DNA of 25,739 nt, from IMG/VR virus record IMGVR_UViG_3300042471_000059, positions 1 through 25,739 of that record; one strand, given 5' to 3'. Of this stretch, positions 7,738-16,071 are shown piece by piece. Source of the stretch: a virus (Duplodnaviria > Caudoviricetes). The first letter of the stretch is position 1. Each line of letters starts with the position of its first letter. Both the position numbers and the translations under genes were made by a program. Under the pieces are notes generated by a model that did not search any database, was not told the origin of the DNA, and saw only the letters and a program-made list of their open reading frames with translations.

Positions 7738-9885
7738 CTACGCAACCGCGAACTCTAAGAAGTTCCCACCAGCGATCCGACTATATTGCTGCAACACCTC
7801 AACAATTTGACGCCCAGCCTCAACACCATTCGTACCGATACCCGTATTGATGATGTACTGGTTCCCGTTGCTACCAGTCGGCGTTGCGGTTGTCGTCGTG
7901 ATTGGAGTCGGCACACTCGGCAAGGACGGGATAGATAGACCAGTTCGGCCAGTATTTTTGGCTGCTTCGGCAACCTTCTCAATCGCTTCTCGAAGATTGT
8001 TATATGCCTCTTCTTCACGTTCGATCGCTTCAGTGTTTCGTTCTGACGCTTCTATTTCTTTTTTCTTTGCATCATTGAGTTCAATCAAGAACTTCTTATA
8101 TGTTTCAGAACCTACTGCCGCACCATCAACAGCCTCATTCAACAGAAGTTGAGCTTCTTTTAGTTTTTCTGTCGCATCAAACTGAGAATCGGTTGCATCA
8201 GCGACAGCCAATTTTGCTTGCTCAAGATCAATTTCGGCTTGACGGATATCTTGTGCGTTTGCTTCTGGATCCTTACGCAAATCAGCAAGTTTCTTTTCAG
8301 CATCGCGAACAGCAAACACCGATTCCTCGATACGGAACCCAGCCTCAGCGACATTGCGTTGAGCCTTGGACAACTCACGTTGAGCCGCTTTTGCCTGATC
8401 TGAATCGGCACCGTATCCGTTGACCGCGTCATTCAACGCTTTCTGCTTGGCTCTCACATCATTCGTGGCGTCACGCAAACTTTGAGCAGTTTTATCGGAA
8501 GCCTTTTGCGCATTGTTGAACGCCTTTTGTGCAGATGTCGAGGACTTCAACGCATCTGTATATTTCTCAAACTTTTGTTTCGCTGTCTCAATCGTCTTGC
8601 TTGCACCGCCGGCAGAACTTTGAAGTCGTGCCAAAGTTTTGTTGTATTCGTCTTGGATCTCTTTCGCCGTCTTGGTTTTACCTGCAAGCGAACCGTAGCC
8701 TGCGATCATTGGGCCGATGAACTTTTGAACTGGACCTCCAGCGGCGATACCGCGTTGCACCTGGTCTAAGTCTCGTAATTGTTGCTGAGTGACTGTTGCT
8801 GCGGCTGCGACACCAAGAACATCGGTTCGGAATCGGTCAAACGCTGCACCAGTCACAGCGGTGTTGGTTTTCAACCCGTCAAGACCAGCGATGAAATTGT
8901 TGACTGCAAGACCGACATTGTCAAATGCGTCTTTCCCACCTCGGACGAAGGCGATCATTGAGACGATTGCACCACCTGCAAGAATGATTGGTTTCACAAG
9001 ATCGATGAACACATTGGCAATTTGACCAACTGTTTCCACGACGGTCTGAACCATGTCGACCACCTTCAGACCGAACTCACCTGCCTCAGCCGTTGCGGCA
9101 AGCAACGCATCTCGAAGACTGCCACCACCAGAGAGTTCATCAGCGAATGCTTGGATGACGGGCACCACATGCTTTTGAATAAACGCAACAAGTTTCTCAG
9201 CGATAGGAAGCAACGCATATCCGATGCCTTCCCACGCTTCACCGATTGACAATTTCAATATGTCAAGACGACCAGCGAAAGTATCTGCCGCAGCCGCCGC
9301 CGCACCACCAAATTGAGTGTTAAGAGTTTCAACGATTGAACTCAAGTCTTTCGACTTCTTGACATTCTCATCAAGCGGAATACCTAACTTGGTGAGCGCA
9401 CCAACATTGCCTCCAAAGGCTTTACCCAAGGCAAGAGAAACTGCTTCTAAATCTTGCCCTGTTGCAGCACTTATGTCGAGCGCAAGTCCTAGGTTTGTTT
9501 GAGCGAAAGTGATGTCACCTGTTGCTCTGGCAAGGTTCGCTAGAGCCGGACGAAGAACATCGTCGGCCACTCCGACAAGCATTTGTTGTTTGGATATATA
9601 TTTTTCGACGGATGCGATCTGTTCATCGGTGGCTTCCATCGTTCGACGTAATTGGTCGGCAAGTTTCTTTTGACTTTCTTGATCTTCTGTGGCTGCCTTT
9701 ACTGCGCTGAATGCTGCACCTGCGATGGCACCTGCCGCAGCCGTCGCAATTAATGCACCTTTCTTGGCGACATCAAAGACTTGTCCAAGCGCGTCTGAAC
9801 CTTCTTTGCCGAGTTTCTTGAACGCCGTGATGGCACTGTCGGCGTTGCCTAAGATTCGTACGAGGAATGTGCGTTCACCTGCCAT
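7738..9885 (-). CDS. Tape measure protein
   Basis: 715 aa, Ala/Gly-rich helical; LALDISAATG...LTKLGI...FGGAA...TFAGRL core; coiled-coil C-terminal half; position in the tail module. Confidence 0.92.
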   Translation of the reverse strand: MAGERTFLVRILGNADSAITAFKKLGKEGSDALGQVFDVAKKGALIATAAAGAIAGAAFSAVKAATEDQESQKKLADQLRRTMEATDEQIASVEKYISKQQMLVGVADDVLRPALANLARATGDITFAQTNLGLALDISAATGQDLEAVSLALGKAFGGNVGALTKLGIPLDENVKKSKDLSSIVETLNTQFGGAAAAAADTFAGRLDILKLSIGEAWEGIGYALLPIAEKLVAFIQKHVVPVIQAFADELSGGGSLRDALLAATAEAGEFGLKVVDMVQTVVETVGQIANVFIDLVKPIILAGGAIVSMIAFVRGGKDAFDNVGLAVNNFIAGLDGLKTNTAVTGAAFDRFRTDVLGVAAAATVTQQQLRDLDQVQRGIAAGGPVQKFIGPMIAGYGSLAGKTKTAKEIQDEYNKTLARLQSSAGGASKTIETAKQKFEKYTDALKSSTSAQKAFNNAQKASDKTAQSLRDATNDVRAKQKALNDAVNGYGADSDQAKAAQRELSKAQRNVAEAGFRIEESVFAVRDAEKKLADLRKDPEANAQDIRQAEIDLEQAKLAVADATDSQFDATEKLKEAQLLLNEAVDGAAVGSETYKKFLIELNDAKKKEIEASERNTEAIEREEEAYNNLREAIEKVAEAAKNTGRTGLSIPSLPSVPTPITTTTATPTGSNGNQYIINTGIGTNGVEAGRQIVEVLQQYSRIAGGNFLEFAVA

Positions 9886-9901
9886 GGTGAAGCAATTCTA
9901 C

Positions 9902-10615
9902 TCAGTTAGCAGCCATCCGTTTACGCAGCTCAGCCCACTCACGTTGCATGTCTCTATGTATCTCTTCTTGTGTCATGCCGTCATACTGTGACAAATCGAC
10001 TGGTGCATCCCACCACTTCGGGTCAAGAACACATCGCATTGGATTACCGCGACGCGGCTGACGAGTCGAGCGAATGCTCGGTGTAGAAAATGTGCGTGTT
10101 GGTGCTGCGATATCGGTGATGGTCGGGTCAAGGAATCGCCAACCTGAATGATGTGTACGGAATGGTTGACCTGCTTCGTGCTGTGGCAGATAGAAGATAC
10201 GGGCAGGGTCTTTGGTGGCTGGGTCGCCTTTGAGACGAAGACGCTCATGTGTCTCATACCAGACTTCTTCCCAATTCTGTACCGGCACAGCCTGCTCGAA
10301 TGGAACGACAACGTGCCAGTGTGGATCGTTGTCACGATGTGACCAGGTTGTGTAGGCGAAATGTATATACGATCCGAGATCAGCCTGCTCAAATGCTTCG
10401 CCGTCAAGGTCGGCAACTAACGCCCAAACATGTGACACGTTGCGATTGCCACGGGTTGTGTATTCACGATATGTGACTGGCGAATACAACTTGCCGTCAG
10501 ACTTCTGTTCACGTTCTTGGTGGTCGCCGAGTATCGCGGCAAAGTCCATCCAAGATGTTGCGATGGTCTTTGGATAGACGGATTTGACGGACGGGAAACC
10601 GACGACTTCAAACAT
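9902..10615 (-). CDS. Stand-alone primase-polymerase-like (AEP-related) domain protein
   Basis: LVADLDG (DxD), AYTTWSH, HWHVVVPF and DPATKDPARIFYLP resemble the N-terminal primase domain of phage primase-helicases; no helicase P-loop; SD AGGAGG. Confidence 0.7.
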   Translation of the reverse strand: MFEVVGFPSVKSVYPKTIATSWMDFAAILGDHQEREQKSDGKLYSPVTYREYTTRGNRNVSHVWALVADLDGEAFEQADLGSYIHFAYTTWSHRDNDPHWHVVVPFEQAVPVQNWEEVWYETHERLRLKGDPATKDPARIFYLPQHEAGQPFRTHHSGWRFLDPTITDIAAPTRTFSTPSIRSTRQPRRGNPMRCVLDPKWWDAPVDLSQYDGMTQEEIHRDMQREWAELRKRMAAN

Positions 10616-10632
10616 TGTGCAGAACCTCCTAA

Positions 10633-10664
10633 GTTCAGGATAGCGAATCCTGAACCGAATACAA
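10633..10664 (-). promoter_or_regulatory. Candidate promoter TTGTAT-N16-TATCCT overlapped by a 9-bp inverted repeat (operator or hairpin)
   Basis: GTTCAGGAT-agcga-ATCCTGAAC at 10633-10655; -10 at 10637-10642; -35 at 10659-10664. Confidence 0.5.
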
Positions 10665-10667
10665 GTA

Positions 10668-11213
10668 TCAAATACCTAGTTGTTTGACGACTTTATCTAT
10701 ACCTTCTAGGTATTCTTTGGCGATTTCGTTCTTGCGTTTGCGAACGGTCGGCCAGAAGAAGTAACCCGATTGACCGCGATGGCGAAGGAATTGAAGGGTC
10801 GTCCGTCTAGCACCACCACCGAACTCGGCACCGAAGAACACATCACCACGAGTTACCTTGATTCTGCGTTTACTATTTGGACGCGATTTTGAAATAAACG
10901 GTTCTTTACTTCGAAGTCCGATGGTTGGGATGCGATCATTCTTTGCGCGTAATCCTCTAGCGACTTGTATTGCTTGACTTGCTCGACTGACCGTGCCTGC
11001 TTCTATGCGAACTTGACCTTCTAGATCTCTTGCGATTTGATAAGCGACTTTGCGCATTTCACCATTGAATGCTTTGCTTGCTTTTTGAAACTTGTTGAGA
11101 GTCTCAAATAAGTCTTTGACGATGACTGTATTGTTTGCGATTGCTGCGGTGCCGGCACGACCAAGAGTTCCACCTGTGTCACCTGGAACATTCGGGAATG
11201 CTGAGAATGCCAT
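10668..11213 (-). CDS. HK97 gp10-like tail completion / neck protein
   Basis: Basic protein with FFGAEFGG and GYFFWPTV motifs; ATG 11213 overlaps (TGATG) the stop of the frameshifted chaperone. Confidence 0.7.
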   Translation of the reverse strand: MAFSAFPNVPGDTGGTLGRAGTAAIANNTVIVKDLFETLNKFQKASKAFNGEMRKVAYQIARDLEGQVRIEAGTVSRASQAIQVARGLRAKNDRIPTIGLRSKEPFISKSRPNSKRRIKVTRGDVFFGAEFGGGARRTTLQFLRHRGQSGYFFWPTVRKRKNEIAKEYLEGIDKVVKQLGI

Positions 11214-11631
11214 CACTTAATCCTTTGCGGTGGGTTGGATTTGACGCTCTTCCAGCGCAGATAGCCGAGCATCGTGTACAGCATTCTAGGTGATTCTTGT
11301 AAAAGGAGACTTGGCGCAATCGAAGTCTCGCAGGCGAGATATGCGATCAGCCAGTGGGCTGAGTTTTCTCCAAAGGGTTGATCGCCGAAGATTCGGCACC
11401 AACCTCCACACTGTCAACTGTCTCAGTCCACTGATCAAAGTTCAATGCGGTTTTCTTGGTGCGTTTCTCGGCATGCCAAGCCAACCAAGCAAGATCGGTC
11501 AATTTCAATTCTGTTTGAAAGTTTGCAACAGAACGATTCTGCTCTCTTTCGAATGCGATAAAGTCGGCGAACTGTGCCGTCACTTTTGTGGTGACGTTGT
11601 CTAGCGTCGTGACTTCTAGGTTGATTTTCAT
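11213..11631 (-). CDS. Tail assembly chaperone, long form produced by -1 programmed frameshift
   Basis: In-frame slippery heptamer C-CCT-TTG (11371-11377). The -1 frame reads FGENSAHWLIAYLACETSIAPSLLLQESPRMLYTMLGYLRWK... to TGA at 11213 and fills the gap exactly. Confidence 0.8.
11347..11631 (-). CDS. Tail assembly chaperone, short form
   Basis: 94 aa following the tail tube gene; SD AGGAGGT; DFIAFERE and DLAWLAW motifs. Confidence 0.85.
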   Translation of the reverse strand: MKINLEVTTLDNVTTKVTAQFADFIAFEREQNRSVANFQTELKLTDLAWLAWHAEKRTKKTALNFDQWTETVDSVEVGAESSAINPLEKTQPTG

Positions 11632-11659
11632 TCTTACCTCCTGATTGTTTTGTTAAAAA

Positions 11660-12073
11660 TTATGCACCTGTTGATTTGGTGATTGTTCCGCTGATCGGCC
11701 AAGTTACATCGGCTGTGTTCAATTCACCCACAGCACCGTTGACTGGGCTGAACTCTGTGCAAAGTACAGAGAAGGTGTAATGCGGTGTTGCTGATCCTGC
11801 TGCGGCTGTGCCTGCTGGTTTGACAATCATCGTGACAGCGGTTGAGCCAATCAATGGCATGATGAGTCCGTCAATGGCGTTGTAGTCGTTGTGCAATGAC
11901 AATGTCACCGAGTTGTCAATTAGACCTGAGACGCGAGTTATTGCACCACCAGATCCGAATGATGTTGTTGGTACTTCGGCTGCCGAAGTGCTGAGAGTTA
12001 CCGCAGCGACGTTCGAGGTGATGTCCGTGCCGTTGAGTGAAACATTTGCTTGTGTAAGAACTAACTTTGCCAT
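11660..12073 (-). CDS. Major tail (tube) protein
   Basis: 137 aa, beta-rich; TTSFGS, VSGL and SPVNGAVGELNTADVTWP motifs; lies between the terminator and chaperone genes. Confidence 0.85.
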   Translation of the reverse strand: MAKLVLTQANVSLNGTDITSNVAAVTLSTSAAEVPTTSFGSGGAITRVSGLIDNSVTLSLHNDYNAIDGLIMPLIGSTAVTMIVKPAGTAAAGSATPHYTFSVLCTEFSPVNGAVGELNTADVTWPISGTITKSTGA

Positions 12074-12075
12074 GA

Positions 12076-12243
12076 TTATTTATCTCCTGCCTTGTCGGCT
12101 TTAGAAGTTGATTTTTCTGCCACCAGAACAATGCGACCCGATGCCAGTAGAGAGTCTAGATGGTCAACCTCACTGCCATCAATAGTGGCTGGATATTGTT
12201 TATCTAGAACGGTGAAGCCTTCGACGACCTGATATTTTGCCAT
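12076..12243 (-). CDS. Small hypothetical protein (55 aa), not in the ORF track
   Basis: MAKYQVVEGFTVLDKQYPATIDGSEVDHLDSLLASGRIVLVAEKSTSKADKAGDK; fills the gap exactly and contains the SD of the tail tube gene. Confidence 0.75.
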   Translation of the reverse strand: MAKYQVVEGFTVLDKQYPATIDGSEVDHLDSLLASGRIVLVAEKSTSKADKAGDK

Positions 12244-12246
12244 AGG

Positions 12247-12657
12247 TTAAGCGTACACCACGACACGGAAGTCGACTGTTAGGTAGGTTGTGTCGTTTGC
12301 GTCAACGGTTGTGATGTTGGATGCTTCTTCGACGATGAGTGTTCGGGCGTATCCGCCGAGTGTTGTGTCGGCTTCAATTGCGGCACGAATCCCGTTGTCA
12401 TAAGACAAGTAAGTGTCCATCAGGTTCTGTGCGGTGCGTTCGGCAGCACGACCCACGATGACGCTGACAGTGAAGACGTGTGTGACTAAGCCTGCTCGCA
12501 TCGCACCGTGGTAGGTGATCGACTCCAAGGTCGGCCATGCGATACCGCCGAGAGATGGGTTTACTTGGTCGGGTTGTTGTGCGTAGGCGCGAAGGTTCGT
12601 GATTGTTTCAAGCCGAGTCTTGATGCCGTTCTTTAGTTCGGTGACTGTTGCGCTCAT
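12247..12657 (-). CDS. Tail terminator-like protein
   Basis: 136 aa; position and motifs VIVGRAAERTAQ and IRAAIEADTTLGG; ATGA overlap. Confidence 0.7.
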   Translation of the reverse strand: MSATVTELKNGIKTRLETITNLRAYAQQPDQVNPSLGGIAWPTLESITYHGAMRAGLVTHVFTVSVIVGRAAERTAQNLMDTYLSYDNGIRAAIEADTTLGGYARTLIVEEASNITTVDANDTTYLTVDFRVVVYA

Positions 12658-13280
12658 GCAAACATCCGCATTCGGCGATATGGCTCGACAAGTTGTGCGA
12701 CGTCTGGGTCGAGTGCGCGTGTCACTCGTATCGCACCCAAGTCTCCGAAGCCGGCAACGCCGAGCGGTGAATCGTAACGCTTAAAAATTCTGGATGCCTG
12801 AATGATGACGGCTTGTGTGATCGGTTCAGGTACAGCAGGCCAACCGTAGATGGCTGTGAGTTGCACCAATGCTTCCGATCCGAAGTTCGCGTTTAATGTC
12901 GGGAACAGATAGTCGCCGACTGCACGAATGCGTGTGTACGGAACAGTGAGTCCGTCCAAGATTCCGTTAACTGGTTCTAGTTGCCAATCGCTTGGAGTCC
13001 ATGTGACATCGAAGTTGCCATCTGCGAGTGTCGAAGTTTTGAGTGTGATCGCTGTGCTTGAAATGTCATCAATCTCGCAAACAAACTCGTCGCCTGCGGT
13101 GAACACTCTGGTCGTCGCTGAGCCGTATGCCCAGAACTGTCGGTTTGCATAGCCGTCAATCAGTCGTGAAGCTGCACCGGCACAGTTGTCAATCAGTTCG
13201 TCGTCTTGTGTGTCGGCGGTGCCGATACGAAGAGCAGCCTTAATCTGGTTGCGTGTGGCATAGCCGTTCGTGATCGCCAT
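12654..13280 (-). CDS. Head-to-tail adaptor / connector
   Basis: YATRNQIKAAL...DDELI...AASRLIDGYANRQF...YGWPAVPEPITQA...DPDVAQLVEPYR. Confidence 0.85.
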   Translation of the reverse strand: MAITNGYATRNQIKAALRIGTADTQDDELIDNCAGAASRLIDGYANRQFWAYGSATTRVFTAGDEFVCEIDDISSTAITLKTSTLADGNFDVTWTPSDWQLEPVNGILDGLTVPYTRIRAVGDYLFPTLNANFGSEALVQLTAIYGWPAVPEPITQAVIIQASRIFKRYDSPLGVAGFGDLGAIRVTRALDPDVAQLVEPYRRMRMFA

Positions 13281-13287
13281 AGTTCCT

Positions 13288-13932
13288 TTATCTTACTTCA
13301 GAGTCTGGACAAGTGTACTCGGCAATGAACTTGTGCATCTCAAGGTCAGCCTCAATATGAGAACCAGACGAGATACGGTTCGGTTGAATATCGTTCACCA
13401 AAACTTGAACACCAGCAGGCTTAAACCATCTCGCACCATGCACATGACACTTCCACCAAAACGCCCAATCCGACCAATACACATTCGGATACCCGCCAGT
13501 CCGCACCCAAATATCTTTCGTGAACCAAGACGTACCCATCACATGATTCGCCATCGGATAAGTAGCGAAGCGTTCAGGAGCAGAAGGGTTCACACCACCA
13601 TGAGACATGAACCGCAAAGTGTTCGCGACCACATCAAAATCGCCATCTGGAATACAAGCAAACGCATCAGGATAAAACCTGTCATCCATCCCACACCCAG
13701 CGATCCAACCATCTTTGATTGTCGCAACCGCCGCATGATACATAGCATCAATTTTTCGAGTCCGACACTCAACCAGTCGACACGGCAAATCTTTCACACC
13801 GCAATCATCATCAGGATGGTACGCAATAACCACATCATCAGCCGGTGGGTTCAATGCCTGTACAGAATCCCACCAACCCTGCACCTCATCTTTGTATGCT
13901 GTACCCCACGCAAACCCGACAACCGTGATCAC
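13288..13932 (-). CDS. Putative GT-A fold (GT2-like) glycosyltransferase
   Basis: N-terminal beta-strand, acidic GMDDRF motif and GGYPNVYWSDWAFW, typical of GT2; GTGA overlap. Confidence 0.65.
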   Translation of the reverse strand: MITVVGFAWGTAYKDEVQGWWDSVQALNPPADDVVIAYHPDDDCGVKDLPCRLVECRTRKIDAMYHAAVATIKDGWIAGCGMDDRFYPDAFACIPDGDFDVVANTLRFMSHGGVNPSAPERFATYPMANHVMGTSWFTKDIWVRTGGYPNVYWSDWAFWWKCHVHGARWFKPAGVQVLVNDIQPNRISSGSHIEADLEMHKFIAEYTCPDSEVR

Positions 13933-14687
13933 AACGCCTGAGTTTTCTCGATGAACACATCCAACTGCTCAGCCATCTTCGGGAAGTAATCAAGATACGC
14001 CTGGAATGATTTGCCGACATCGGCTCGTGCCTCATCAAGTTTTGATACACAATCAACCGCACCAAATACTTTCATCGGACCAGAAATCAACTGCCCAATA
14101 TCCCAAGCGTTCTCACCTTGAATCAACACAACCGGACATCCACACAAAGTTGCCTCATGCACAATCGCCGTATACGGATCAAACGAAATCAGATACTCCG
14201 CCGACCGCATCTCATCGGCAAGATCCTTCCGAGACGCAGGCCAAGAATGCGTGATCAACTTCGCACCATCAGGCACATACCCTTCACGACCCTTACCAAC
14301 CCACACCAACACACCCGACCTTTTACCTTCACCAGGATAAAACAAATCAGGCTCCAGATAAGGCACATTCAACACAGGACTCTGATTAATGTTCGGATGC
14401 CAAACAAACTGCAAGCCATCTTTCTTCGCATGATTCAACAACCACCACACGACACGATCCGAACCCGAAGGATTACCTTCAACAATCTCAGGATAAACAT
14501 GAATCGCATCGTCAGGAATCTCAAGACATTCAGGCACAGACCAAGGATTATCAACAAATGGCATATGGGTCATCTTCATCTCCGCTTGCAACCCACGATC
14601 ACGCAACAACTTGCCGAGCAGATACAACACTCGAATCCCGCCAGACACACGCCTATAGTCAGGCGACCAAATCACATACGGTTTCAT
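13929..14687 (-). CDS. Putative GT-B fold glycosyltransferase (WavQ-like)
   Basis: SGGIRVLYLL, VYPEIVEGNP, VWWLL and EATLCGCPVV; start at 14687 inferred from an ATGA overlap. Confidence 0.7.
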   Translation of the reverse strand: MKPYVIWSPDYRRVSGGIRVLYLLGKLLRDRGLQAEMKMTHMPFVDNPWSVPECLEIPDDAIHVYPEIVEGNPSGSDRVVWWLLNHAKKDGLQFVWHPNINQSPVLNVPYLEPDLFYPGEGKRSGVLVWVGKGREGYVPDGAKLITHSWPASRKDLADEMRSAEYLISFDPYTAIVHEATLCGCPVVLIQGENAWDIGQLISGPMKVFGAVDCVSKLDEARADVGKSFQAYLDYFPKMAEQLDVFIEKTQAL

Positions 14688-15418
14688 CGCCGCCACACCC
14701 ATGATGCAGGATGTTTCCCGTCACGGATCCACTTCGGCCAATCAGCCGAAATCTCAACTTCGTTCAGAACACAACGATCCAAGAAAACTCCCTCTTTGAA
14801 ACATCGAGCAATCGTTTCCTCGACATCGCCGACATTCAATTCTTGATGGCTGAATTGTTTGATTTTGTTGATGCAGCGTTCAGGTCCGCCCATCCAACCC
14901 AAATGCCATCCGCCGTGTAGACGATAGAAGTTGTGTCTCATTTGGCGTCGCATCACATCGGCTGTGCCGTTACGGAACCGCCAAGGACCACCAATACAAG
15001 TCAACTCCATCGGTGCTTCCCAATGCACACTGAACACTAGATGCCGCATCATCACACCATGCCAAGCATTAGAGAACGAACCGATCATCGAAGGCGACCA
15101 GATCTCGTCGGTGTCGGCGACCGTGATCACATCATCATCTTGAATGCCTAACTTCTCGGCAACGGTAAAGATTTGATTCCGAGCGTCCGCCTCACTATCC
15201 CACGCATTCGGATGAACAGTTGTCTCATAGTCAACCCAATGAATCTTGTCCTGCCATTGCTCAAACTTTTCACGCGACTTGCGTTCCCTCGGAATACCCG
15301 TGAACGACTTGTCGCCTTCAATGATGATGAACTTGTCAACGTAATCGGCGAGTTCGTAAAGGCGGCATTCTAAGACGTCGTCTTCGCCGTTGTACAGGAT
15401 GCCGTCAAAGACTTGCAT
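14684..15418 (-). CDS. GT17-like glycosyltransferase (beta-1,4-GlcNAc transferase-like)
   Basis: VFDGILYNGEDDVLECRLYEL..VDKFIIIE...FTG, DTDEI (DxD), GGWHLGW and KIKQFSHQE; start at 15418 inferred from a TGATG overlap. Confidence 0.8.
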   Translation of the reverse strand: MQVFDGILYNGEDDVLECRLYELADYVDKFIIIEGDKSFTGIPRERKSREKFEQWQDKIHWVDYETTVHPNAWDSEADARNQIFTVAEKLGIQDDDVITVADTDEIWSPSMIGSFSNAWHGVMMRHLVFSVHWEAPMELTCIGGPWRFRNGTADVMRRQMRHNFYRLHGGWHLGWMGGPERCINKIKQFSHQELNVGDVEETIARCFKEGVFLDRCVLNEVEISADWPKWIRDGKHPASWVWRR

Positions 15419-16071
15419 CAATCCCAACTCAGGTCTAGACGCCTTTGCAAATCCCATTCGCCGGCATCGAGACGCACGTTCCGCAACCTGAACAGTTCAA
15501 GATTTGATTCAAAACTTTTGCGATTCTTCTCAACCAGCGACGGGTCGGAGTTGAGTGTTGACGAGTTGTCGTGGTGAACGATTGCGTTTGTTTTGATAAT
15601 TTTCTTTTGCATTCGTGTTGCTCGACGCTCATAGTCGTTGTCTTCGAAATAGGCGGGATGGAACGCTTCGCAGAACAGGCCGACATCTTTGACGACTTGT
15701 GAACCGATCCAAGCACAGCACCAACCTGGTTGACCTGCCAAATGAATCTCGTCTGTGTGGCATTCACGGTAGAACTTTTGAAGTTCGCCACGCTCAAAGA
15801 ATGCGTCCGAGTTGAGAAGAATCCAACCTTGTGCGAACGGTGTCATTTTGATACCAAGATTCCAAGATGTCGCCACACCAAGATTGCTCGGCATATTCAA
15901 GATATATCGGTTCTCAATGTTCGAGTTTTTCGGCAACGACAAACAATCCTTTTCGATCAGTCCGCCGTTGTCGATGATGATTAGATTCTCGACCTCGCAG
16001 TCGATTGATTTAATGCAGCGTTCAAGTAGGTCATATCGGTTGAGTACGGGTATGACTATGACCGGCACCAT
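15418..16071 (-). CDS. GT2 family glycosyltransferase
   Basis: IVIPVLNR, IIIDNG, NLGVATSWNLG, LLNSD and VGLFCEAFHPAYFEDNDY; likely start ATG 16071. Confidence 0.9.
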   Translation of the reverse strand: MVPVIVIPVLNRYDLLERCIKSIDCEVENLIIIDNGGLIEKDCLSLPKNSNIENRYILNMPSNLGVATSWNLGIKMTPFAQGWILLNSDAFFERGELQKFYRECHTDEIHLAGQPGWCCAWIGSQVVKDVGLFCEAFHPAYFEDNDYERRATRMQKKIIKTNAIVHHDNSSTLNSDPSLVEKNRKSFESNLELFRLRNVRLDAGEWDLQRRLDLSWD

